From Octopus vulgaris (taxonomy: Eukaryota): DNA of 64,000 bases. The first letter of the stretch is position 1, and each line of letters begins with the position of its first letter. Under the pieces are notes generated by a model. The model did no database searches and had not been told where the DNA came from. It saw only the letters and a list, made by a program, of their open reading frames with translations. The stretch lies in the NCBI GenBank assembly GCA_951406725.2, contig OX597830.1, forward strand, positions 34,286,001 through 34,350,000, given 5' to 3'. A program made the position numbers and the translations under genes. Below are positions 1 through 12,666 of this stretch, one piece after another.

Positions 1-77
<77 letters not shown>

Positions 78-78
78 A

Positions 79-402
79 GCACTGTCAGTTGTGACTACGG
101 GAGTCCCAGCTGATATGATCAATGGAACACCTTGCTTGTATAATTAAGGAGCAAGTGGTTGAGCACTCCACAGACATCTGTACCCATAATGTAGTTCTCA
201 TGGAGATTCAGCATGACACAGAGTGTGACAAGGCTGGCATTGTGAAATGCAGGTACTACTCATTTTTGCCAGCTGAGTGGACTGGAGCAACATGAAATAA
301 ATAAAGTATCTTGTTCAAGGACAGAACACATTGCCAGGAATTGAACTCATGACATTGCAATCGTGAGCCAAATGCCCTAACCACTAAGCCGCATGCTTTC
401 AC
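79..402 (-). mobile_element. tRNA-headed SINE (D-type head, tail shared with 22750-23280, 37979-38272, 45346-45669)
   Basis: Minus strand begins GTGAAAGCATGCGGCTTAGTGGTTAGGGC (A-box-like), then GAGTTCAATTCC (B-box-like); body and tail align by eye to the other copies. Confidence 0.8.
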
Positions 403-404
403 AT

Positions 405-443
<39 letters not shown>

Positions 444-1110
444 CACATATAAATATGGATGGATGGATGGATGTACATACATGTATATCTATTAACATAT
501 GTATAAATATTTATGCATGCATGTATTTGTATACACACATGTATATATATGTATATGATTTTATATATGTGTGTGTGTGTGTGTGTGTGTTTGCAAGTGT
601 GTTTATTTATTTAGCTTACCAAGATTGGTGGAGGAAACCTGCTTCCCAGTGCACTGAGCAGCACAGGGTGGTCTAAAAGCTATAAAAATACACACATTTA
701 AGAGCTTTTGGGTGCATCTGTGTATATGGTTTTATTTCTGCTTCTCTAAAATCGCTTAGCTAAAACAGGTGACATTATTGTCACTTCTATGGTTATAAAA
801 TGACATCTGCTGGCTTTCTTTGTGCACAAAATCTTAGTTTAAAAAGTGGCAATGGTTAGTGAAAGCCTGGTTATAACAAATTGCTTAATTACTATGTGCC
901 AGCAATCTTTCCTAGTATGGAATTTGAATGTAAAATCAAATGAGTGAATGAATGAATATATATGCATTTTTATATGTATATATGTCATTGATATCCTAAG
1001 TATTTATAATCTCAGGGAGAACATGAAATGATCCTTTTTAGAAATGGCAAATCTCTAGGCAAATAACGCTATAAATTATCGAGAGCCTTTGACTTTTTCT
1101 TCCATACTGG

Positions 1111-1370
1111 AAGGTAAAGGTGAAGTTACTTTCTCAAGTCATACCAACTCATAAGGGCCAGTTTCCCAGTTTCATGTTATATATATTCCCGACTTGTATG
1201 GGACACTGGTCCATAGCAGGATTACTCAGTTTTGCCAGCTGCGTGGATTGGAGCAATGTGAAATGAAGTGTTTTGCTCAAGAACACAATGCATTGCTTGG
1301 TTCAGGAATTGAAACCACAATCTTACAATCATGAGTTCAACACCCTAACCACTAAGCCACGTGCCTCCAC
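1111..1370 (-). mobile_element. tRNA-headed SINE, different tail (related copies about 16660-16905 and 23994-24220)
   Basis: Minus-strand head GTGGAGGCACGTGGCTTAGTGGTTAGGG, then GTTTCAATTCC and the TGTGTTCTTGAGCAAAACACTT body. Confidence 0.75.
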
Positions 1371-1674
1371 CCGGTCTACTCATATGAGTTTGAACTCAAT
1401 ATTTACATGCTGTTATTTATAACTTTATGTGTGCTTTAAGAGGCACCATTTCTAAAATGAATTCCATCCATTAAAACATGTATATTAATTGCTTGTAGGA
1501 ACACCATATTTTGTTTTGCAACCATAACTTACTGTGAAGTTTACAAAGGATTTATAACTCAATAGTGTGTCACTATTCCATAGAATTTAGAGCCAGCACT
1601 GGAAGTTATGTTTTGTATACATATACATCGATGTACACAAAGTCTTTGAAGATAGTAAAAGTAAGAAATGGGTG

Positions 1675-1715
1675 TATATACACATTTCAGGAGTTATTGC
1701 TCCTTCTTCAGTGCC
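1675..1715 (-). ncRNA. Decayed minimal type I hammerhead ribozyme motif
   Basis: Minus strand reads GGCA CTGAAGA AGGAG caataa CTCCT GAAA TGTG TA. Core and 5-bp stem II are intact; stem I is degraded. Confidence 0.5.
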
Positions 1716-1793
1716 ACATCCAACCAATTAACTATTTATGAATATATTGCTGAAATAGTGACTAAGTTTAGCACTTATATTCAGGAATAAAAA

Positions 1794-1829
<36 letters not shown>

Positions 1830-1848
1830 CACACATATACATGTAACG

Positions 1849-1944
1849 CAAATAAGTAACAAGGATGTCCAGGTACCAGTGCATTATTGGCATTTCAAGC
1901 AGCTCCCAGTGCACTAATATGTCTACATCCTTGTTGCTTATTTG
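1849..1944. repeat. Short fold-back element with 20-bp terminal inverted repeats
   Basis: CAAATAAGTAACAAGGATGT pairs with ACATCCTTGTTGCTTATTTG (19/20), plus inner AGTGCA/TGCACT pairing. Confidence 0.7.
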
Positions 1945-2028
1945 TTTTTATTCACCTAACTGCATAAACTATACTGAACTGGATTGGTGCCTCAATTTAA
2001 GTACCTAATTCAACTGAATTTTAATTGT

Positions 2029-2080
<52 letters not shown>

Positions 2081-2154
2081 TGCAGATGAAATGCAAAATG
2101 CAGCAAAAGTCCAATGGACGTTCACAGTTAATTAGTTATTATTATTAGGCTGAA

Positions 2155-2375
2155 TGGTGGTGAGTTGGCAGAATCGTTAGCATGCCAGGTGAAATGCTTA
2201 GCAGTATTTCATCTATCTTTACATTCTGAGTTCAAATTCTGCCAAGGTCGACTTTGCCTTTCATCCTTTCGGGGTCTATATTTTAAGTACCAGTTGTGTA
2301 CTGGGGTCGATCTAATCGACTGTCACCCTCTCCCAAGATTTCGGGCCTTGTGTCTTGAGTAGAAAAGAATATTAT
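2155..2375 (+). mobile_element. SINE family B (tRNA-like head plus Deu/Nin-like domain)
   Basis: GAGTTGGCAGAATCGTTAGC...GAGTTCAAATTC...GACTTTGCCTTTCATCCTTTCGGGGTC...AAGTACCAG, repeated many times in the window. Confidence 0.8.
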
Positions 2376-2560
2376 TAGGTTGAAGCTCAAGAATAGGAAA
2401 ATATTATGAAGTAAAATTTATGGTGTGTAAATATTATATATTTCGCACATAGGCCTTTGTTGGATGCAAGAAGGTCCAAGGAAGGACATAGAAGAGGAGA
2501 AAGAAGAGAAATAAGAAAAGGAAAGTGAGAAAAGAACCAGAAAAGAAAATGCACATAGGT

Positions 2561-2599
<39 letters not shown>

Positions 2600-2612
2600 A
2601 TGCATGAATGTA

Positions 2613-2656
<44 letters not shown>

Positions 2657-2794
2657 AATTTATGTAAATAAGGATAAGATCATTATTTAAAATACCAATC
2701 ATATCAGGTGGCCAGGATAGGAATAAAAACCTCATAGGTAATAATTATCATCAAAATTATTATTAAGGGTATCTAAGAGATACTCTTAATTATA

Positions 2795-2841
<47 letters not shown>

Positions 2842-3248
2842 TAGCCCGCAATTGAATAACTTGTTGAAACTTCGGAGTCACTGTCAACGACATTCTTATT
2901 TAAGAATAGACTCGTACTTTACATAAGTATAGAGTAAAATCTCAATTTAATTTTAAATTGTTTTTATTACATATTTTGCAAACAACTTGCACATGCAAGT
3001 GCTACAAGTTGAGAACTCCACATACAGGAAGGCAGCAAGTGTATGGGGTCATCAGAAGAGAATGTGCACCATTTCAGGGCCTACCTCTCGACAGCATCAA
3101 TGTGCACTGGCCCCCACCCAGTGATATAAAGCTCCGCTTGCTAGATCAACTGGTTATTCAATAAAGCTCAATATTCTTCTAGCCATCACTCATTGTCTCT
3201 TTTTTAACAATATGTGACACACACATACATTTATGGATGTATATAGAC

Positions 3249-3404
3249 ACAGGAGTGGTTGTGGGGTAAAAAGCTTGCTTCCTGTCTACATGGTACTGGG
3301 AACAGTCCCACTGTATGCACCTTGGGCAAGTGTCTATATGCTGTAGCCTTGGGCTAACCAATGCCTTGTGAGTGGATTTAGTAGATGGAAACTGAAAGAA
3401 GCCC

Positions 3405-3448
<44 letters not shown>

Positions 3449-3710
3449 TATATATATACATATAATATATATACATATATATGTATGTATATGTGTCTGT
3501 GTTTGTCCCATCACCATCAGTTGACATCTGATGTTGGTGTGTTTACACCCACGGATCTTAGCGGTTTGGCACCCCCACCCCCCAAAAAAACGATAGAATA
3601 AGTAGTAGACTTGCAAAGAATAAATCTTGGGGTCAATTTGCTTGTCTAAGGGCGGTGCTCCTGTATGGCTGCAGTTAAATAACTGAAAGCAAGTAAAAAA
3701 ATTAAAGAAG
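3249..3710 (+). mobile_element. SINE family A (CORE-like motif, internal TA/TG microsatellite)
   Basis: CAGGAGTGG...CACCTTGGGCAAGTGTCT...GGAAACTGAAAGAAGCCC-(TA)n-GTGTTTGTCCC...GGCGGTGCTCC...AAGTAAAA. Confidence 0.85.
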
Positions 3711-3728
3711 ATATATATATACACACAC

Positions 3729-3779
<51 letters not shown>

Positions 3780-4041
3780 AATGTATATAATAGTATATAT
3801 ATATAAATACATATACACACATGCATATACACACTGTCTAACAAGCACACTAGCACAATAGTGTATGCACACACACACACACATGCATTTGTTTGCTTTC
3901 TTTTAATATGAAATGTATTCAGGTTCACATGACCTAAAATATATGATGAAAACATAGATACAAATAAACATATTTATGCACACATAAATACACACACACG
4001 CACTCGTCCATATATATATATATATATACAACATACACATA

Positions 4042-4459
4042 GGTGTAGGAGTGGCTGTGTGGTAAGTAACTTGATTACAAAACACATGCTTCCAGGTTCA
4101 ATCCCACCGGGTGGCACCTCGGGCCGACCAAAGCCTTGTGAGTGGATTTGGTAGATGGAAACTGAAAGAAGCCCGTCGTATATATGTATATATATACATA
4201 TATATATATATACATATATATATATACATATATATATATATGTGTGTGTATGTGTGTGCGTGTGTGTGTATATATGTGTTTGTCCCCCTAACATCCCATG
4301 ACAACCGATGTCCCCCGTAACTTAGTGGTTCAGCAAAAGAGACTGATAGAATAAGTACTAGGCTTACAAAGAATAAGTCCGGGTGTCGATTTGCTCGACT
4401 AAAGGCGATGCTCCAGCATGGCCACAGTCAAATGACTGAAACAATTAAAAGAGTAAAAG
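4042..4459 (+). mobile_element. SINE family A with two internal deletions
   Basis: Collinear with 39550-39958 but joins GGCACCT directly to CGGGCCGACC, and GACAACCGATG to TCCCCCGTAAC. Confidence 0.85.
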
Positions 4460-4970
4460 ATATATATATATATAAACATACAACATACACATACAAACAC
4501 ACAGTTACATGTATATATGCGTGTGTCTCTCTCTGCATATGTGTATGTTAGGGTATAAGGAAAACACGTGTTTATGGTTCCGTTCAGAAACTTAGCAATG
4601 CAACTAAATTTCAATGGCACAAACACACAAACACATTCATTATGAAGACAGTGCAGTGAATTGCAGTGAATACATATGCACTGTCTCACACATGGTTTGT
4701 TCCGACACACAAACACAGATAAGTACCAACATCCATCAAACATACAGTCATTGCAACTTTCAGTGGTTTGTGTCTATTCTTACAAATCTACAACTCTATA
4801 GTTGTGTGTGTGTGTGCATGTGTATATATATATATGTACATGTGCATATATATATATACATAGAGAAAGGGAGAGAAAGAGAAAGAGACAGATGCATAGA
4901 TTGATAGACATACATTTGTGTGTGTGCATATATAATGTGTGTATATATATATGTGTGTATGTATATATAC

Positions 4971-5110
4971 ATGTGGGCATATATAAATGTGTGTATATCT
5001 GTGTATATATATATGTGGGCATATATAAATGTGTGTATATATATATGTTGGCATATATAAATGTGTGTATATATATATGTGGGCATATATAAATGTGAGT
5101 ATATATATGT
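4971..5110. repeat. Minisatellite of about 32 bp, four units
   Basis: ATGTGGGCATATATAAATGTGTGTATATATAT repeated; a 26-bp unit repeat follows at about 5133-5200. Confidence 0.8.
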
Positions 5111-5219
5111 GTGTTATATATATATATATTTATTACTTACATATATGTATACATATATGTACTTACATATATGTATACATATATGTACTTACATATATGC
5201 ATGTATGCATATAAATATG

Positions 5220-5272
<53 letters not shown>

Positions 5273-5626
5273 TCATCATCATCATCTTCATCATCTGTTT
5301 TTCCTGCTGGCAGGAGTTGGATTGTTTGTCACGGAACTGGTCAGCTGTCCAGACTCCAATCGTTTGTTGTGGCATGGTTTCTATGGCTGGATACCCTTCC
5401 TAACACCAACCATTTAACAGAGTATGCAGGGTGCACACACACACACATTTACACCCACACACATGAGCATACGAATGGCAAGATTCTTTCAGTTTCCTTG
5501 TACCAAATCCACTCAGAAAGCTTTGTTCAGCCAAAAGTCATTGTAGAAGACTCATACTCAGGGTGCCACCATGTGTATGGGAAGCAAAATTCTTACCACA
5601 CACCCACACCTGCATCTATATATATA

Positions 5627-5667
<41 letters not shown>

Positions 5668-5683
5668 GTATATATATATACAC

Positions 5684-5727
<44 letters not shown>

Positions 5728-5847
5728 TTATATATATATATGTATATACATACATATAAAAACATACATATATACATACAGTGGCTGCATGGTATTTATA
5801 TATATATATGTATATACATACATATAAAAACATACATATATACATAC

Positions 5848-6237
5848 AGTGGCTGCATGGTAAGTAGCTTGCTTACAAACCACATGGTTCTTGGTTCAGT
5901 CCCACTGTGTGGCACCTTATGCAAGTGTCTTCTACTATAGCCTCAGGCTGACCAAAGCCTTGTGAGTGGATTTGGTTGATGGAATCTGAAAGAAGCCCAT
6001 CATATATATGTGTGTGTGTGTGTGTGTGTTTGTGTGTCTGTTTTTCCCCCATGCCATTACTTGACAACCGATGCAGGTGTATTTATGTCCCCGTAATTTA
6101 GCGGTTCTGCGAAAGAAACCAATAGAATAAGTACTAGGCTTACAAAGAATAAGGCCTGGGGTCGACTTGCTCGACTAAAGGCGGTGCTCCAGCATGGCCA
6201 CAGTCAAATGACTGAAACAAGTAAAAGAGTGAAAGAA
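5848..6237 (+). mobile_element. SINE family A
   Basis: Near full-length match to other A copies; an inverted A fragment lies at about 5474-5618. Confidence 0.85.
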
Positions 6238-6243
6238 TATAAG

Positions 6244-6275
<32 letters not shown>

Positions 6276-6294
6276 CATATATATATATGTATAT

Positions 6295-6349
<55 letters not shown>

Positions 6350-6710
6350 ATACGTATGTATAGATAATTAAATTCATATAAGCAGGCACATACTTATGCA
6401 TTCACAACCAAAATTACTGTGGGCACAAACACACAGACACAATGAAAACAGTTTTTTGAAACACATAATGACTTGCATGTAAACATTATAACATACTCAT
6501 GGATACACTCTGATACAAACATCCAGTTGCATACAAAGCACAGGCACACGCACACACACACGCACACACACACGCACATTAATATTTATTCATTCACATA
6601 AACATCTATACTGAACTTACACACAGACAACATACTTATTCCTAATGCATACTTATATACTTATTTGCATTCTTACATAAATACATGCATACATACATAT
6701 ATATATATGT

Positions 6711-6869
<159 letters not shown>

Positions 6870-7066
6870 AGCAACTATTTATGTACACTTATACAAACAC
6901 ACGCACATGACACACACATATTTGTTCACATTCATGTATGTGTATGACTACGTATATAAATACATGCAAATATTTGATCCAAGATATACGCATGCACACA
7001 CACACACACATCTACAGAAATACCAGTAATCTCACAAAGGTATGCTACATGGACCACATATGCCTT

Positions 7067-7102
<36 letters not shown>

Positions 7103-7222
7103 AATACACACACATACATACAGACACTCTGTTACATGTTTTCATAATTACATATAAACACCCACATATTGGCACATTTACAATGCAGGCAAATTTCACA
7201 TGAGCATAAAGACAAAAAGATG

Positions 7223-7260
<38 letters not shown>

Positions 7261-7498
7261 CTTACACACACACATACACAAGGAAAAGTACATTTTTCGC
7301 ACATATATATATATGCATCATCATCATCATCATCATCAACATCATAATTTGATGTTTGCCTTCCATGCAGTTAGTGGCTGGACAATTTGACAGGAGCTGG
7401 CAAGGCACAAGATATGTGGTACCCCAGGCTACTGTGTAGCACATATCTGTCTGTCTATCTATCTATCTATCTATCTATCTATCCATCTATCTATCTCC

Positions 7499-7568
<70 letters not shown>

Positions 7569-8249
7569 ATATGTATAAGTATATATATACATATATGTGT
7601 GTGTGTGTGTGCATGTGTGTGTATGTATGTACACATATATATATACACACACATATGCACGTGCACACAAACATGCACATGCAACCACACACACACACAC
7701 ACACTTGCACAAAAAAGATAACAGCTGTATATGCATACACACTAAAAAATGAGCATGTAGATTTCCTCAGTACATCTTTACTCATACACGTATATATACA
7801 CATAGGCAAACTTATAAAACATTTGTACACATAGAGACAGAAGAATCTGTAGACACACACAGATATAAACATATAAACACACACACATGTGCTTACACGT
7901 ATACACACTAACACAGATAAGATTGCCAATGCACTGACAAAGATACATAAACGTGCGCCATATGCATAAAAAAAGAGATGCACAAACATAATAATAAATA
8001 AATGGATAGTTAATTGGTGCCCCACAAGTAAAAAAGTGAATGATCATATACACACACATATATATATATATATATACACACATACGTACATGCAAACATA
8101 CATACATACATATATTCATATATATATATATATATATACACATATATATACACACACACATATATACACACATATACACACACACATATATACACACATA
8201 TATACACACACACACACACACATACACACATATATATATATATATATAT

Positions 8250-8437
8250 TTTCTCGTTTTTGGATTTGGTTTGCAAGATTCTTTATGTGAGTTTGTGTGT
8301 TGAAGCATATTCTGTTATGTTTATAGAGAATCATTCTCTTCTAGTGCCTTATAATTTAACACATCCACTGGTAAAATTTCTGGAAAGTTTACCGCTGAGT
8401 GTGTTAAATTATAAGGCACCAAAAGAGTATGACTCTA
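8250..8437. mobile_element. Fold-back element (same family as 12407-12632 and 24891-25296)
   Basis: Shared leader GATTTGGTTTGCAAGATTCTTTATGTGAG; imperfect arms 8327-8380 and 8383-8436. Confidence 0.75.
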
Positions 8438-8439
8438 AT

Positions 8440-8755
8440 GTGGAGGTGCAATGGCCCATTGGTTGTTAGGGGAGCGGACTCACGGTTGTAGGATCACAGT
8501 TTCAATTCCCAGGCCGGGTGTTGTGAGTGTTTATTGAGCAAAAACACCTGAAGCTCCATGAGGCTTCAGCAGGGGCTGGTGGTGATCCCTGCTGTACTCT
8601 TTCACCACAACTTTCTCTCACTCTTTCTTCTGTTGGCTTGCTTGCTTAGCCAGCGAGGTGGCGTCATTTGAAGGCTAAAACAGTGCAAAGTGCATTGTGA
8701 CCAGCGATGTGTAGCAACATCTGATAGCCTGATTGGTCATGGTGATCACAGTGAT
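8440..8755 (+). mobile_element. SINE family C (tRNA-like head)
   Basis: GTGGAGGTGCAATGGCCC...GTTTCAATTCCC...GATCCCTGCTGTACTCTTTCACCACAA, shared with 46215 and 37979-38272. Confidence 0.8.
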
Positions 8756-9063
8756 ATATCAATAGTAATAGTGATTGTTTCTTATTAGGAACAAGAGGGT
8801 TAATAGGACTGCAAGAGAAATGCACAAGTAAATGAGACGAATATAATAAACTTTGGTTGTAGAACAAACAACAAATTTAAGGTCATCCATCTAACATATC
8901 ACATCTCAAACATTTAATCACATATAAAGATTTGATGCATTCATATATGTATTCATGTATGTGTATGTACATAGGTATACAAATATGTGTGAATGTATGA
9001 CAGTACTTAAGTATGTACATGTGAATGTGTGTATATACATATTGTGCATATATGTATGTGTGT

Positions 9064-9396
9064 GTGAAAGCACATGGCTCAGTGGTTAGAGTGTCGAGCT
9101 TACGATCATGAGGTTGTGAGTTCGATTCTCGGACCGGGCTGTGTGTTGTGTTCTTGAGCAAGACACTTTATTTCACGTTGCTCCAGTTCACTCAGCTGTA
9201 GAAATGAGTTGTGACATCACTGGTGCCAAGTTGTGTTGGCTTTTGCTTTTCCCTTGGATAACATCAGCGGTGTGGAGAGGGAGACTGGTATGCATGGGCG
9301 ACTGCTGGCCTTCCACAAACAACCTTGCCTGGACTTGTGCTTTGGAGAGTAACATTCTAGGTGCAATCCCGTGGTCATTCATGACCGAAGGAGGTC
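9064..9396 (+). mobile_element. SINE family D, full length
   Basis: A box TGGCTCAGTGG, B box GTTCGATTC; collinear copies at 25361-25954, 60524-60850 and 62886-63218. Confidence 0.85.
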
Positions 9397-9524
9397 TCCT
9401 CTCCTCATATACATATGTGTGTGTGCACATATATATCTTTTATTTGTTTTAGTCATTAGTCTCTGGTCATGCTGGGGCACCACTATAAATAACTTTTAGG
9501 TAAATGAATCAACCCCAATACTTA

Positions 9525-9895
9525 TTACCTCCACCTTCGCTAAGGTGAGGTATTGCTTTCAGTTGTGTTTGTTTGTTTGTTTATCCATGGACAAGATATC
9601 TCAAGAACTGCTGGATGGATTCAGATGAAATTTTCAGAGATGATTGGCCCCATCACTGGCATGAACTAATTAGTTTTGGGGTCAATCTCATAGCAGACAA
9701 GGTTTCTGGATTATTTTTCCTGCTTATTTTTACTCAATTTTTGAGAGCAGTCGGGTTCATTTTTAGTATTCTCATTTGTGAGAGCAGTCATATTTATTTC
9801 AGATATTCTCATTTTAAAACTCATTTTTTGCTAATCATTGAGAGGATGTTGGTGTTGCTTTGGCAGAGGTTTGCACTCTCTGAGTTACTCTTGTT
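9525..9895 (+). mobile_element. Helentron-associated non-autonomous element (HINE/DINE-1-like) nested in a minus-strand family A SINE
   Basis: 5' hairpin ACCTCCACCTT-cgct-AAGGTGAGGT, (GTTT)n, 3' subterminal IR TTGGCAGAGGT, 3' stem ACTC-tct-GAGT, T-rich junctions with no clear TSD; second copy at 21519. Confidence 0.75.
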
Positions 9896-10965
9896 TATTT
9901 TTTTAAACCTGGCACTTAGTCTGTTACTCTCTTTTACCAAACCACTAAGTCATAACGACTTAAATTCACCGACACGAGATGTCAATCATTGATAGGGAAC
10001 AACACACACACACATGTAAAACGGGGTTCTTTTAGGTTTCATTTACCAAATCCATGTGTCAGGTGCCGAAGTGATCACAGAGCAGCATGAGGTGAAGTGT
10101 TTTGCTCAAGAACACAATGCACTACCTGATCCAGGAACAGAAATTATGATCACTAGGTTGTGAGTGCAACACTCTAACCTCTAGGCCATGCCCCATCACA
10201 CACACACATACATAAATATACATATATCTTTATATATTTACATGTATCTGTGTATAAGCATGTATGTGTATATGTGTGTGTGTGTGTAATCTTATGCGTA
10301 TCTAAGTTCTTGGGTTTGTAAGAATGTATGTGATTCATAGGACCTTTTGTGACACTTATGAATAGGTACATAGCCATAGCTACAAAATATAGGGAGAAAA
10401 AATGCATATCACTAGACCATTACCAAATAGCTTGTTACTTACCTGTTCCAAATACCAACTTACAGACAAACCAGTGAGGAATTGTACATGTGATTTCTTA
10501 ATCTATTAGAAATATCAGTCAAATTCTTTAAATCATATGCTATTAACTTATAAAAGAAAGGAACTATTAGATAATGCAGTCCTAAATATCAGATTTTATT
10601 ATCCAGTATAAGATAGTAAATGTTTTAAATTTTATTTATGGATATTTATCAATACCTTTATTCATTTCCGTTGTGACTTCCAAGAGTTATATGTCTTTGA
10701 AGGTCAATGATTAAAATTTGAAAATATTTTTGAGTTTATTCTTATTTTGAAGATTTCGACCCTCTGAACTCACCCAATGTTTTCGAATAATTTTTACTGA
10801 ATTCAAAGCAGTATGGCTACTGAGTTTGCCTTGTAATCACATGGTTCCAGCAGCTACCTATAGCGAGGTATTTTTGATGATTGTTTTTTTTATAATAGAT
10901 TGAGGGCCCCATTTATGCCCTGTGTGTGAACTTGATGGCTGAAAACTATATGGATGACCAATTTG

Positions 10966-11295
10966 TCATCATCATATTCATTTTGCGTCTACTTTCCATG
11001 CTGGTATGGGTTAGACATTTTGACTGGAACTGGTAAGCTGAAGAGCTGCACCAGGTTCCAATCTGATTCCACATAGTTTCTATGGCTGGATGCCATTCTT
11101 AACACCAAGTACTCCAGGCTTTTATATACCCCCGGCATGCGTGCCATTGACATGACACCAGCAAAGACATGACTACAATTCATGGATGCTATTTACATGG
11201 CATCAGCAAGGGGCATGACTACAATTCACAAGTGCCATTTACAGGGCACCGGCAACAACCATGATTATTTATGGGTGCCCTTTACATGATGCCAC
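10966..11295 (-). mobile_element. RTE-type 3' tail with tandem modules of about 47 bp
   Basis: (CAT)n then CTTTCCATGCTGGTATGGGTT...GGCTGGATGCC, matching the 3' end of 49525-50346; repeated CATGACTACAATTCA units. Confidence 0.7.
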
Positions 11296-12090
11296 TGTGT
11301 GCGTACATGTATGTGTGTGTGTTTGTGCGTGTCTTGGAGTCGATGTGAATGTGTATATTCTGTCTCACACAAAAGCACTGAGCTCAAAGTGTTGATATAT
11401 TTTTGAAACTCATTGATATCAATTCATCCTCTGGGACTGTACTCTGTGCTTTCAAAGACAAATGAAATGAAGAAATAATCCCTGACTTTAAGAACACGTG
11501 GCTGTTAAAACAGCGCTTTAAATATAAGTATTTAGCCAACACTTTAAACTAAGTATTTGGTCAAAAAACGCAAAAGCAAAACCAGGCATAAACCAAATGA
11601 CCCATCATCTCAATAAAGTTGTATAATGTACTTCTCTTTAACAATGATGAACCTGAACTAAATGAGAATCTTGTAATGCTTTACTCCTTTGTTGATTTAA
11701 GTCACCATAAGTCATCATAAGTCATCATAAGCATTACTCACTGAAATAAAGTTGTGGAGCAAAAAATTAATGAAAAATTAAAGAAAAATTAACTGGAATG
11801 TTTTTTGCAGAGTGGCCTGTCTGATGATAGGCCATGTTTTATGCTGGCTGTTTCTCAAATTGCCTATGCATGCTGCAGAGGTTCGTGCCTCCCCAACACC
11901 CAGTACATATTTTAATGACTATTAAATATTTCATTGACTTCAGGAAGAGGAAAGACCAAGAGAGCCAAAATGGAATTAGAATTTAGAACTTGAAAGGATG
12001 TAAACGAGAAAACTCAATTTAATGGTTAAATATGGTTAAGAAAGGCAAAGGAGAGAGTGTTAGGATTTCTTTAATTATAATTAATAAAAA

Positions 12091-12361
12091 TCTTTGCAGA
12101 ACCGCTAAGTTATGGGGACATAAACACGCCACCATCGGTTGTCAAGCAATGCTAGGGGGACACACACACACATATATATATATATACATATATATGACAG
12201 GCTTCTTTCAGTTTCTGTCTACCAAATCCACTCACAAGGCATTGGTCGGCCATAGGAAGACACTATAGCAGAAGACATTTGCCCAAGATGCCATGCGGTG
12301 GGACTGAACCTGGAACCATGTGGTTGGTTAGCAAGCTACTTACCACACAGCCACTCCTGCG

Positions 12362-12363
<2 letters not shown>
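12091..12363 (-). mobile_element. SINE family A, 3'-truncated
   Basis: Ends CCACACAGCCACTCCTGCGCC, the reverse complement of the A head. Confidence 0.85.
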
Positions 12364-12406
<43 letters not shown>

Positions 12407-12409
<3 letters not shown>

Positions 12410-12632
12410 CGTTTTGGGATTTGGTTTGCAAGATTCTTTATGTGAGTTCGTGTGTTGAAGCATATTCTGTTGTGTCTGGGGTGAGTCATTTTCTTTCTGT
12501 GCCTTATAAGTTAACACACTCACCAGTAAAATTTCCAATTAAAAAAATAAAAAGGAATAAGTGGAAATTTTACCAGTGAGTGTGTTAACTTATAAGGCAC
12601 AGAAAGAAAATGACTCTCCCCAGACACAACAG
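12407..12632. mobile_element. Fold-back element with 71-bp arms embedded in (TA)n
   Basis: 12467-12537 versus 12562-12632 are reverse complements at 68/71 positions. Confidence 0.85.

Positions 12633-12666
<34 letters not shown>

Noticed and set aside
3020-3055. Minus-strand CTGATGA followed by a hairpin
   Set aside because: No GAAA follows the stem.
3179-3955. 258-aa ORF and the many YI/CV/HT-repeat ORFs
   Set aside because: They are read-through of (TA)n/(CA)n and SINE sequence with no protein-like content.
4595-4620. Partial reverse-complement match to miR-33 (GCAATGCAACTA...CAATGGCAC)
   Set aside because: It needs two insertions, one in the seed, and there is no precursor hairpin around it.
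9064-9140. tRNA genes at SINE heads (also 46215, 17095)
   Set aside because: A and B boxes are present, but there is no complete cloverleaf and each runs into a repeat body.
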